A DNA stretch of 64,000 bases from Epiperipatus broadwayi (taxonomy: Eukaryota > Animalia > Onychophora): positions 6,696,001 to 6,760,000 of the forward strand of contig JAQFVV010000008.1 of assembly GCA_028023455.1 (NCBI GenBank), in the 5' to 3' direction. Shown piece after piece: positions 11,890-24,599 of this stretch. The first letter of the stretch is position 1. Every line of letters begins with the position of its first letter. The notes under the pieces were generated by a model that worked only from the letters and a program-made list of their open reading frames with translations, was not told the DNA's origin and ran no database searches. The position numbers and the translations under genes were made by a program.

Positions 11890-12720
11890 CTCCTCTTGTC
11901 TTTTCCCTGTTTATAAATTCTTATCCCTTTCACGTTCTGTTTTATTTTCTACCACGTATATCTGAAGAACCTTTTGTTGAACAAAATACTCTTCGAAGTA
12001 TCTCCCTTTATTGTTGATCGAATTGATAATAGTAAATGGAAAGAGTCCATCTTCTACAATCTTTTTGAATGTTTTAAATAAGATTATTCTATAAATGGCT
12101 TCTATTTCTGCTTTAAAATCATACTCCGTAATCTTTCTCCTAACTTTTTTTTTTGTTTTAGACCCCTGTTCAAAATGAACAGTTACCCTAGTCGACTCCT
12201 TTTTAGTCTCTTGTAGAAACTCTTTTACAATATTTTCTGTCTTTAATTTATATCTTCCTTCTATCTCTTGATCTGCATTTTATAAATTTTCCACCAGACT
12301 ATCTATCTGTATCCAATCTGCTTATTTTTATTTCCACCTTAGCTGTTCTAACATTATCTTGTTTTAATTCATCTTTCACTTACCACTTTAACTTCCTAAA
12401 TTTCTTTACTCAAATCACTTAATATCGTTTCTATAGCTTCCTGATTTCTTTCAACTTTTCCCATTATTTCTCGTCTCATTTCTTTCATTTCCTTAATTAT
12501 TTCTGCTTTGAATTCTGCCAACATTGTCTTTGACTTTGTCTGAATTCTCTATTTTTTTTGACACATTTCACTCATCATATCCATCATCATCTGGATCTCT
12601 GTCACTTTTTTTTCCTTTTCCACAATTTGTAGATTTTTAAAAGAAACCGGGCTTTTTTCCAAGGCTATACCACTACCAATTTCTTCCTTGACCTCTATTT
12701 TTCAACACAAGCCTAAATCT
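11890..12720 (-). pseudogene. Disrupted coiled-coil/ORF1 (gag-like) reading frame of a non-LTR retrotransposon
   Basis: Minus strand is purine-rich and, across frameshifts, reads KTMLAEFKAEIIKEMKEMRREIMGKVERNQEAIETILSDLSKEI ... DFKAEIEAIYRI ... ENKTERERDKNL. This resembles the coiled-coil + RRM-like layout of CR1/L2/L1-type ORF1 proteins. Confidence 0.5.
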
Positions 12721-12964
12721 AATATTTTTCTATTTACTTTTTATTTCCAATTTTTCCAACAACACAAAAAAAAAACTTCTTAATATTTATTTATTCAACT
12801 TTCTTATTTCAAAATAAATTCAAAGAAAAAAAAATACTATTAATTATTTATTTATTTTATCATATTAAAAAGATGAACCCCTACTCCAAACTGCCCCAAC
12901 AATAAATACCATAACGCACAATCTGCTCCCCAATACTTAAATCTTGCCTCCCACAATGGAAATA

Positions 12965-13203
12965 TTTCTCAATTGTCTGAATAAAATCTCAAATGGGTTT
13001 TAAATTCGAAACCCCAAGTTGGTAGCATTAAAATTTTACTAATTATGTACTGGTCACATATCTTTTGATCACTGAAGGCACTACTAGGTCACTAATGACA
13101 GAAAATTTAATTTACGGTGATGAAAAGTTGATAATGATGATGACTGCACCAGCAGACCCTGGGAGAAAAAGAGATCTTTAAGATTGTTCAGACAATTGAG
13201 AAA
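12965..13203. repeat. 17-bp perfect inverted repeat enclosing a further hairpin (rod-like fold-back or MITE-like unit)
   Basis: tttctcaattgtctgaa (12965-12981) / ttcagacaattgagaaa (13187-13203). Inner stem cttttgatcactg / cggtgatgaaaag. Confidence 0.7.
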
Positions 13204-14536
13204 AGACAACAGAGATAAACGTTATCCAAACTAATTTTAAAATTTATTAAATTCAAGCAAAAAGAAATATATCGCAGGCAAACAAAATATGAAAGTTCGA
13301 TCTAGATTTTACTGGCGTGTATCGGAGAGTGTATGAAAGTATTGAAAATATCATATACTCTAGCAGATAAGTTTGTTTTCTCATCTATGATTTAAAAAGA
13401 GGGATTTATAATATCTTCCTGCCAGTGATTTATAAAAACTAATTCCAGTTTCCCTATTTAGAGATTTCAAAAGTAAAACAGTCTTGCAAAGGATACAATG
13501 AAACTGCACGGGCGAGCTATTCTTAACCAGAAATAAAGCATTGGGACCAAGAATGTCATATGTTTGCAGAACAACTCCTGATATACCACTTTTAAGGCAA
13601 TTCACGGTTGACCCAAATACAAGACAATAAAAGAATAGAACAGAAGATTACGATTATGCATAATCTTAAATAGAAGAAAATAAAATCTCCAATCTAGGAA
13701 AAGCAGAACAATACTCTTGCTAAATAGCCAGCCAAAAGATTTATGGTCTGCAGGAAATGCAAACCAAGCTTATCGAAATTAAAAGGGGACAGGTGAGATA
13801 AAAGAAAATATCTGCCCAAGTATTTATCAAGGTTAGTAATATAAAAAGAGAAAAGTATACAAAGCATATAAAATAGAAACCCACAATACACTCTCAGCTA
13901 AATAAGTTAAAAATATGAAATCTTAAAACTAAGATTCCAATACGCACTAAATAAAATGCATAAAGATATTTAAATTGAATAAGCAAAATGTATTATAGAG
14001 GTTTCTTTTATGCCAAGCTGAGACTAATAGAGATTTAAGCCCTGGTTAGAAAATGAAAACATTTACCTCGAGGTCTAATGTAAAGTCAGTCAGATTTCCT
14101 CCCGTGGGGTGTTCACAGTTCTTTTTAATTTGAGTCCATCATGAAGGCTTGATTTGTATCTCATTGATTGGGAGTTTGGAGGCAAGCACTGGATCTGTTC
14201 TTGTTTAAGCTTTTACGGCATGATCTTGCAGGAACAATTCAGATTCTGGGGTTTGTCTTTTTGATGTTTTAGCATGGCATGTTGTAGCTAAGATTCATAA
14301 AGACGTATAGTTCAAACATTGTGCAGAGGCTATCTTATTTAGCAATTGGAAGATAGTTATAATTTCAGTAGAATTTTCTGATAGCAAACAGCAAAAGGTA
14401 ATATTCTCAATGGCTGTACTCAGCTTCAAACAGCAATCTTGGAAATTTATGGCAACACGACAATTTGAAGTTATCGTTAGCATATTGACGCTGAATCAAT
14501 ACACATCACAAGTAGAATAAAAGTGAATAGCTGAAT

Positions 14537-15065
14537 AACTACTCAACATGCAGAATAAAATGAATAGCTGAATAATAATTAGTCCTAAATCCCAGGGTTA
14601 TTTATATGCACTCTTATCTCCCGCATCATCTTTAATTAGAAGTTTTTGCCAGAGCAAATCTCTATCTCAGACTTAATCTTAATTAAAAATCTGACCAGGG
14701 TTCCTAACTTATCTAAAATTAAAGAAAAGTAAATGCAAAATTAAATCTCAGTTTTCTTTTTAAAAATAAATTAAAATTAGATTACAAACAAAGAAACAAT
14801 AATGCAATTAAAAACTTACCAAAATTAAAATTTTTCTCAAAAGATTAAAACTTTTCAAATTAGAATGTTTTTACAATTTAATTAAAAAATATTTAAACTC
14901 AAAAAGTAAAATCTATTGAAGACAAAATTAAAATCACAGAATTTTAAAATATAGCTGTGTATGCACATTATAACATAAACTTTCAAATAGTTTTCTTTTA
15001 AAACTTTATTAAAACAAAAGTTAGTTTTAATTTTGCAGTGAAACTTTTGAAGCAGATAAAGCATC
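14537..15065. repeat. ~530-bp direct repeat, copy 2
   Basis: See 11053-11611. Confidence 0.93.
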
Positions 15066-15285
15066 TCATTCATTATATATATAACCCAAAACAAATGTAG
15101 AACTTTTTTCCATAGCCAGTCTAATTAGTTCTTCCAGTTGTAAATAGATATCTAGATATTACTAGCTGATAGAAAGAATCACTAAGTTGGTCAGATAAGT
15201 TTACATCCTGATTATAAAAACAAGAACTACTGATGTAATATGATGAAGCCTTCACTCCTCTTTGAGACACTGAACCTTAATGTGA

Positions 15286-15920
15286 ATTTTAAAAACTTGC
15301 TGGTTTAGCATGAAATACGTATATTGGTGATTATTTATCTTTTCAACATATGTGTTCAAGTGTATCAGTGATATGAGATAGTGTGGAGAGTGGTGGGTCA
15401 TGTGAAAGTCTGTGCTCATATACCCTATATATTACATATATAGACAGATAAATAATAAGCTTGTGTATTTCAGTTATTACATAGTAGAGATGTCTGCCCA
15501 TCCCTTGAATATGTATTAAATGGATTGTGTCCTGTACATGAGGGGTCAGATTGATCTTAGATCAACATGGGTGTGACAAGAATCTCAGCCTCAGGGTGGC
15601 CTTTGAGCATTTCATCATCAGATTTTCAATTGGATGGATGGTTGAAGAATTGGAGTGTGTAGTAGATTGGAGCCTGTCCATCAAAGTACGAGGATTGGCT
15701 ATCTTAATATATATCTGAGCACTTATAGCATATATGTGTAGAGATGGTAATCTGGACCAACTGATGATTGCTGGTTTAGCATGAAATACGTATATTGGTG
15801 ATTATTTATCTTTTCAACATATGTGTTCAAGTGTATCAGTGATATGAGATAGTGTGGAGAGTGGTGGGTCATGTGAAAGTCTGTGTTCATATACCCTGTA
15901 TATTAATTAAATTAAAAATA
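15286..15920 (+). mobile_element. Hammerhead family B element, partial tandem (~1.3-mer, 471-bp period)
   Basis: 137-bp direct repeat 15297-15433 / 15768-15904 with 2 mismatches. Homologous to 38430-38780 and 55416-55518. Candidate 14-bp TSD gaaccttaatgtga (15272-15285) / gaactttaatatga (15921-15934). Confidence 0.85.
15747..15805 (+). ncRNA. Minimal type-I hammerhead ribozyme (family B)
   Basis: Stem I gtaatc-[tgg]-accaa / ttggt-gattat. CTGATGA at 15761-15767. Stem II tgct/agca with loop ggttt. GAAA at 15783-15786. Palindromic stem III ATACGTAT. Predicted cleavage AUA^ after 15794. Position 10.1-11.1 is U.U here. Confidence 0.8.
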
Positions 15921-16599
15921 GAACTTTAATATGATATACCTAATCAGAACTACATATTTTCCACCTAATAATACAATTTAAATGAATAAGATATTAAATT
16001 TCTATAACTTATTTTTTTTTGCTTAATGTTGTTTGATCCATTCAAAGGCATGATTAATACAAAATTCCTCCGGTTTTTTTCCCTCAGAATTAGAATTTTT
16101 TGGAGCTACCTACATGTGTTATCTTTGTATACATTGAATAAATTAGTGACTTATATAGTTATTTTCACTCTCTTTCAAAGCCATCTGTAAATTTGAATAA
16201 TCAGACCAGGATCTGGTATTTGTCTTTGTTAGTGATGACTAAGATTCAAAACTGTAATTTATGCATACTATTGAAACTAATATTCTGATATTCAAAAAAA
16301 AACCATCCTGATATTTCAAAAACAGACTAATTCACTTATATAGTTATATAGATTAGTTGTTGGGGCATTTCTTACATTTGAATGATCTGTTTTATGACTA
16401 CTATAAGCCTCTTCTATCCTTTGTAATATCATATGAAGACAAACTCATATAAGTTTATAAATAAGTTAGTCTGGATTCACAGACTTTAGATTTTTTTTTT
16501 GCAGTTTCAGAATATTAGCATTAATAGTATAAAATGGTAAAAGGTGGCTGCAAAATGCATAAGTGCATTAATTCTGGTTTTGAATTTTAGTCTCAGAAA

Positions 16600-16665
16600 C
16601 CAATAACTAGTCTGGATATGGATTTTATAGCACAATACTATTTTGCATCCATTGATTGCTCAAGC
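16600..16665 (+). mobile_element. Highly decayed family A fragment
   Basis: actagtctggat...ggattttatagcacaa...gcatccattgattgctc matches the family A 3' region. Confidence 0.45.
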
Positions 16666-17739
16666 TTCCTTAAATACGATGAAGATAAATATTTTTGAAA
16701 GCACAAGTTAGCATTTAAAAAGGTAATATGGTATTATTGTTTGCAGAACATGTGTAAAATGTTATTTATTCTATCTTTATTACTGTATAAATGTGACAGT
16801 TTGTTTTTTGTTACTTGATACTTAACAAATATTGCACCAATTTTGATGAATCTTGCACAATTTTATTTTTTTTTTGGAGAATTACATAGGCTACTATAGT
16901 TTTGCTTTATGGTATTTAAGTTTTAAAAACTTTGGTAATTTGCAATATAAAAATGCTTCAAAATCAGAACATTTTGGAATGACTTAAATAAAAATACAAA
17001 AAGAGGACAAACTGGTTAAAAGATTACAGACATTAAAAAATTTTTGAAATGGGTACTAAGTATGTTGTGGCCTGCGTATTGAAATATATAGTACAGAAAT
17101 GGAGAGAATTATAGATTTTGATAAAGCATGATACAATCTGATTTCATAAATATATTTTAAATTACTTAAATTTTATTTGTACCATGTATTTAATTTCTCA
17201 CTTGCAAATCTAACAAAATAGGATTTGTAAAAATTAGTTTAACCTGTTAGAAATATATTTAAACTAAAATCCTAAAACTTGATCAAATTTAATGTTGTAA
17301 CTGATCTTAAGAAGTTATATTTTTTGCAGTACTGCTATTGATAATTCATGTATTACTATTTCATGTAAATAATATGTAAATATATAAGCTATGGGAACAG
17401 TTACTAATGCAAGCAAAGCCACAGATACAATTAGTATTTTATACATAAATAGTCTTTTTTTTCACAGAGTAGCATATCTTTTCATATGAAACTAGTCTTC
17501 ACTTTTAAATTACACCATCTTATAAGAAATCCCTGGTAAATAAAAGAGACAACAAATTAAGAAGTTAGGCAAAAAACTATAAATGTTAATTTTGGTTTCA
17601 TTATAGGAAATACCTGAACTATCAAGGTGAAGATGCTTTTGAAATGAAAGGTAACTATATGGCATTGGAAATTATGTAATATTTAAAGTATCATATATAC
17701 TCCTTGCAAAACTATCTCTTCAGTTACAAAAAAAAAATA

Positions 17740-17860
17740 TTATTTCAACCAATATCAAAAGCAGAGATCATTTATAAAGTAAGAAGTACAATATAATTGA
17801 TGCCATTGCAATAAAGAAGACTATATGCACATTAAATATGATAGGGCAAACCTATATGAA
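17740..17860 (+). pseudogene. Possible Penelope-like GIY-YIG endonuclease remnant
   Basis: Reads IISTNIKSRDHL*SKKYNIIDAIAIKKTICTLNMIGQT, resembling the PLE pattern ...C.S.NVIYAI.C..C...YIGQT. Confidence 0.3.
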
Positions 17861-18049
17861 TGCAATTAGTTACAATTCTCCAATGCAAATTGGCTCTACT
17901 CATTCCTTTGGGGTTTTTTTATTCCTGCTGTATATTATAAATTGACTGTATTCATAGAAAACTTTTGGTGTGTTTACACAGATGAAGTATGAAAACAATT
18001 TTTAACTTTTATTTTAGCAAAAAATGAATTCTTTTTTTTCTGAGCCAAT

Positions 18050-18223
18050 TTAAACTACACCAAAGAGATTGTAAAAGACCCAGAAAAAGACCACATGTGA
18101 GATGGATGGATGAAATAAGAAAGTGTGCAGGGGTAATGTGGAGAAGAGAAGCTAAAGATCGAAGAAGATGGTTTGAACTTGGAGAGACCATCCTGCAGTG
18201 GATTGATAATGGTTGATGATGAT
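18050..18223 (+). mobile_element. 5'-truncated RTE 3' end
   Basis: KRPRKRPHVRWMDEIRKCAGVMWRREAKDRRRWFELGETILQWIDNG* followed by a (GAT)n tail. Homologous to 54700-54875. Confidence 0.88.
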
Positions 18224-20164
18224 CACTTGTAAATTCACTTACTTGAAATCCACTCATTACAAAGATAAAATTTAAAGCAGGCTAACAGACATTAACACAT
18301 TGACTATTCTAAAAGGATTATTAATAGAAACCCATCCATCCTCATAATGTGGTAAAAGTTTTACAGTCTCTGAAAAATAATCTTAAGAATTATATCTGTT
18401 TTTAAAATGAGATGTTTAAGCCAAGCTGTTGATAGCTATTATTATTGATCTAATTTTTGCTTAATTTTTAAAATAAAATGTATAAAAATCATTAATTTTT
18501 TTGATAAATAGGTACTTTTCAATAGAGAAATTCAAGTGATTCTAAATGATAATTATGTTAGAAAATTGAATGGTAATATGGTAAAGAAGTTATTTTAATA
18601 TACCATTACTACTGGACTTAAAAACAATCATTCGTTAAATATTGTGTTTAGATTGAAGTCTTCTACTTCATAGAAATTTAGAAAAAAATGGAGGATTAGG
18701 AGAAAAATGAAAAAGATATTGAATAACTAATGTTAGAAATATAGAGGCTAAAACAAATAAGTAATAAAATATTTATTACCAATCATCAAAAAGAGGAATC
18801 AGGAGATCATTATTTTGTAGAGATAAAAAGTTTATAAAGAATTTATTAATGGTAATTTTTGAGGAAAAGCAAAATAAAAAGACAATTCTTTTTTTTTTTT
18901 TTGGTGGTTTGCTTACAAATGATGAAATAGATCCCTCCCCCCCTTTACCTCTTCTATGAATTTATTCAGGAACTTTTAGCCTGAGCCCACCACTCTGACC
19001 AACTTTATAAAGGAGCATAAATATGATACAATCACCCTCACCCATTAATTGCAATATTAAAATATAGCAATGTTGCTGTAACATTTTTAATTGGTCTTTT
19101 TTTTATGACTGAGTATGGCTTCACATCTGCTGCAAATATGATTTTGTTTTAATAATCTACTTGATAAGCATGGTATAAAATATTGATCTGAATCATGAAT
19201 TTTTATATGTGCAGCAAGAATGCAAACAATATTATTTGATAGCAATTTGTCACTATATATATATATAATGTGAATCCATATGCCTATTAACAGGTGCCTG
19301 CTATTAAATATATTTGACGAATTTGTGTGTTTTGTACAATTATTTATACTAGTTGTATTAGAAATAATATATAGTTTTAATCGATAATTGATAAGATTAA
19401 TAATAACTCAGCAAAACTGAATTATTTTTAAATTGCAGTTAAAGGAATTTTTAAAAATTGATTCAACAAAAAACATACATAAAATGTTTACTATACATTA
19501 TTAACACTATTAATAATTTGTCAAAGTATCAGTTACTTCATTTAAAAAAACAAAGTAATAATCTTTTTAAAATAATTTTATTGACTGAATTTTTTATGCC
19601 TTTATCAGTTTTCATTACAATTAAATTTTCATGTTTGATTTTATCTTGGAATTTTTTTTTTTTCAGTTTCAATATTTTTTATAAACTCTACTACTTTATC
19701 TTTTCTTACTCAATTTTTAACTGATAATTGGTTAATATAAAAAAAATTATATTTTAACTATTTAAATATATATACAAAAGTTTGTTTTACTAGAGATACT
19801 ATATACATATACTAAGTAATATAATTGAGTTATAAGTTGTCTTTAATATATATTTTTTCTCAGATAAATTCATTAATCATTTAAATGGTGGAATAAGTTT
19901 ATAAATTGATTTAACATATAAAGTGGTTACATTATTCAATATTATTAATTTAAACCATTAAATTTAAACTTTGATTATATACATTTGAATGTAACTATTA
20001 TACTCAGCACTTAATTTTGGTGTTTCAACATCAGGTGACCTGAGCAACTGGTCATACATTTTACTTTAATAGAGTGCCTGCAAATCCATTAAAATAACTG
20101 ATGCACAATTGTTTAAGATTAATAATTTTTATTAGTCATTCATTAGATTAGAGATTGTCTTACT

Positions 20165-20755
20165 CACTTAATGAATAATATTTCTGTAATATAATTTTCA
20201 GTACACCATTCTCACATAAAGTAGGGACTGGTTTCTATTTGTTTTTAATACCTTGTGGAAGAGTGTAATCATAAACACATGACCAAAGACATATGCTCAC
20301 AAGATAGATGCACATTTCATACTGAACCAGCACTTACTAATTAATCCAGATCATAGTCTCTTACAAATATCTGTCATTGTTCAGTATATATAGATAACTA
20401 ATTGCTATAGTTTAATTGATAAGTGTCAAACTCACTGCTCTCACAACTTTGACACAAACCACTTCATGGAAGTATATTAATTTTTATTAGTCATTCATTA
20501 GACTAGAGATTATTCATTTAATAATTGGCTATTTGTATATACTGAACAATGATAAAGATATGTGTAAGATTGTGATCTGGACCAACTGATGAGTGCAGGT
20601 TCAGCACAAAATATGCATCTTGAGGGTCATACATCTTCTTCACATGTTTATGATTACATTTCTCTACTAGATATTAAAAGCATAGAGAAACCGGTCTTTA
20701 CTTTGTGTGAGAGTGGTGTAATGAAAATTACACTACAGAAAAATTATTCATTGTG
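20165..20755. mobile_element. Older fold-back pair of a family-B-related hammerhead element (arms ~20165-20410 and ~20525-20755)
   Basis: The arms are mutual reverse complements. The forward arm has tgatctggaccaa-CTGATGA-gtgc aggttca gcac-AAAA-tatgcatc (20586-20619), with G12 changed to A. Confidence 0.75.
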
Positions 20756-21969
20756 GTTTAGGATAGTTTGTAAAATAAACTAATACCAACAACAATGTCA
20801 CATGGACCATTCTGAGAATGAGAATGTTTTAGCATTATATATTGTCTGGTATCCATTGATTCCTTAATTTTTATAATAGATGTCTCTAGAAAAGGGCGAA
20901 AAGAAATGTTCTTGAAACTGTAGACTATTTAAACAGGCATAAAAATTAAAATAAAGACTAATAATTGAATGTGTTTTATTAGCAGAAAACTCTTTGAACA
21001 GAAGAACCAGGATTTCAATTGACTATGTTATTATCTACTTTTTTTATAAAAAATAATAATAATAACTTTTTGATTATAATCTTGTTTCAAAACACATAGC
21101 AAATTTAAAATCTGAATTTTATCAATACAATTTTTTGGCTGTTCTATGTATGTTGTTGCTTAGTGCAATTATTATTAAATACCAGGTGTTGTAACTGTTA
21201 CAATTTACATCTCTAACCTGCGAAACCTTCAATTTAAAATATTTGTTTATATACACACGCGCACAAACATGCTGTTTTTTGTCTCATTATTTCATAGATT
21301 TCTAATATAGTCAACTTTATAACCAAATGTATGTGGAATGCTATCAATTTCTACACAGTGGTCATTTATAATCCAAAAAGAAGAATTAATTACACTTAGT
21401 AAACAGTCACTAAACCCATCCTAAACAAAATTCACTTATTTTAATAATAAAGTAATTTTATTTTTATAAATTTTAAGTTCATATATATAGTACTGCTACC
21501 AGTAATTAAATTTCTGTTGTTAATTTTAAAATGCTAAAATATTTTTATCCTTCATTTAATATAACATTTTTCTTTTAAATATAAACCTTTTTAAGCTAAA
21601 ACTATTGCTGTGAGACAGTATTGAATAATTTTAACATGCTTAATTGTTTATAACAAGTATTGTTTTTTATTAATAATGTTGATATTTATGAACAATAAAA
21701 AAATAATTTTTAAGAAAATAAATTAAAAATTATTGTATTTTAAAAATTGAAATAATAAAAATTATTAATTAACATTATCAGTCCACAATTTGAAACAGTA
21801 AATATTGTTTGCAAATATATTTTTGTTATGGATTAAGATTTCTGCCCAAAGCAGATATATATCTCTGACCAATTGATCATGTGATTATTATTATTTTTCT
21901 ATTATATATGTGTGTGTTTACTTATTCATCTGTAACTATAAATTCTTGATGCAAAATAATTGATAAAAG

Positions 21970-22210
21970 TGTGTTGGGATTAACAAGGAAGAGTTAAAAT
22001 CAAAATACATAAATGAAAAAATAGAAATAAGAGCTGAATTGTAAATGAAGAATGATGGATATCTAAAGTCGTAAATTGGATTCCATAGAGATTGGAAAGG
22101 ACCGGATATAAGATGGCCAAGAAATTTATTGAGTAATGTGGGGAAACAAAACTGTATGCATCAGAGAAACTGGATTAAATTCAAGATTTTTCAGTGAATT
22201 GATAATGGTT
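21970..22210 (+). mobile_element. Degenerate RTE 3' fragment
   Basis: gtgtgttgggattaacaagg...aattggattccatagagattggaaaggacc...ttgataatggttga is similar to the RTE 3' ends at 18050-18223 and 54560-54875. Confidence 0.6.
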
Positions 22211-22881
22211 GAAATAATGAAAAGTTTAGTGGAATCATATTGCTAAAAATAAAAAATAACATCTGCAATATCCAAAGTTGGTAATAATTGTAAACCATAT
22301 ATTGGTTTTTAGATTTATATTGACAGTGTTCATATACTTGACCAATGTGTTTATTACAGGAAAATTATGCATAATTATATATGCAATTAACTGATTTTAT
22401 GTATTTATAAAGTTTGATATAATAAAAAAAACTCAATTCATGCAAATAAGTATAATAACAAACTTTTATTTTTTTAATCTAAAATTAGAAATTAATCTTC
22501 AGTCTATTAATGTAGTTTATTGCAGTACATAGTAGTAATCAACTATCAAAGGGTCTTCAATGTTTCGTTTTCTTTTTGAGAAAAATGCTTCAATTTACTA
22601 TTAATAAAAAATTTTGAATTCATTTGCATTTAAGCTATAAAAAAAACTTATAAAAAATTGTTTATAAACAATCTCAATAATTTTTTACTTTTTTAAGAAA
22701 AAAAATGTGCACTTAATTTGTGACATTATTTATACTGAAAATCGTGATATTTTGATTTTTTTATTTTAAAAAAAATCATTAAAAAAATTTACGAATTTTT
22801 TTTTCCACTCATTAAAAAGTATGTGGGGTTGGGGAATAATTAACTGCCCTGATTGTTTAATCAGAATAATTAGCTGAGATC

Positions 22882-22955
22882 CGCTGTGTAGTTCAGTGCA
22901 GTGGTAGTGTCATACTTTAGAATATAAGGTCCATGAGTCAATTCCAGTTCTGCTA
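22882..22955 (+). mobile_element. Decayed tRNA-derived SINE head
   Basis: A-box-like gtagttcagtgcagtggtag and B-box-like gagtcaattcc. Shares tagaat..aggtcc with 32600-32670. Confidence 0.4.
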
Positions 22956-24599
22956 CTTCCAGAGCGCTTAAGAACTCACAAGCAATAAAGTCATTTAATT
23001 ATTTATTTTATCAGCAGAAACAGAATTCTTTATATGTATAATATTTATACAGTATAAGGTTTGCTGTTTCCTGATTGGCTGATTTTATGATTCTCAACAT
23101 TGTCCCCAGATTTTAGTTTACTCTTAGCAATAATTATTGAGAATTTTAAACAGAAAGATTTATAAAAAAAAATTACAATCTGAATTCTAAAAGAAAACAA
23201 TTAAAATTATGAGAATTGTTGTTGAGGGAAATTTAGAAAAAAGGAAGAATATGATATTTGTTTCACATTAATTTAATTTGGATCATTTTGTCAGATAGCT
23301 GAAATATAGATTGGGAAAAAACATATGGAATTTACATATATTGTTGTTGTTTTTTTATAATATACTGTGCTATTTCTGTATAAGTAGCTGTAATATCAAT
23401 TTCATTTTTTTCATTCATAACTATGTAACTTCCATATAGTATGAGATCACAAATGCAGTAACAGCAAAATGTTATGGTTAATGATATCAGATAAGTCCAA
23501 TAATAAACTACATTAAAAATAAATACAAAATAAAAGAATTTTTATTTACATTATTATACAATTTAATATTTTTAACAAGTTTACTGTCCTAGTAGAAGTT
23601 GGGGTAACAAGCTAATGTAATACCATAACCAGAACCCTTTATCATTAGTAAGGTTAATTTGATATTTTCCCATCTCTATTTTAACTTGTAATATTCTAGC
23701 TTATCAAATGTAGAATTATATTATCAAATAAGGCAAATTTTCTTATATATTTCTATATCTAGTTTTAGTTAAGTTTTAGTGGCTATAGATGTAATATTTA
23801 GGAAAATAAGTTGTCTTATTGTTTAATAGTGGCTTTTTTAAATTTCCCTTGATAATAGAAGCTAATTTCACTATTGACTATCCTGAAAGTATCTCAACAA
23901 CTTATGCCATGTACTGGAAATTTTTCCCAATGTGCTGCATGTATTCTTATATAATTGATCAATTAATAAAGAATAGAATTTTTTTAATCTTCACTTTTTT
24001 TTTTGCACATCACTGTGTGAATTTATTAGTAACCCGCCTTCACAGTAATTTTTTTTTATATATGTTATTTACTTCATTAATTCCACTCTGATATTTGACA
24101 CATGACTGTTGAGATCTATATCTTACGAATGATAGCTGAAGTGAATGGATTCAGTGAACTTTCTGTCATAAGGCAGATTGGCTAATAATAGCAGAAAATA
24201 ATTATCACAGGCTTGGAACTAGCAGTCAATTATGATTATCAAGTTTCTTTATAATATGGATTTAAAATATCACTTTAGGGTGCATGAATCATGATGAATT
24301 AATCCATTAAGGTAGGGGATAAGAGATGATCAGCAATAATCAGTCCTGAAAATTGAGAAAAATATTTTAAGTTTATTGGTTAATATCTTTATTTGTTTAT
24401 ATTTTATTATTATTTTAACTTGACTATTTTCAAAATAATAATTAATTTTGAAATTGTATTCACTTCATTGATAATTATAACAGAAACAAAATTTAAATTA
24501 AATAATCAATTTATGGAAAAAGAGATAAGTAAAAATGTACAATAAGGTGTTGTTTACATTCAATATTAATGTAAATAGGATAATAAATGTTTAAAAAAA

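Noticed and set aside
24291-24349. C/D-box snoRNA-like ATGATGA...CTGA
   Set aside because: Short, with no terminal stem and no recognisable guide.
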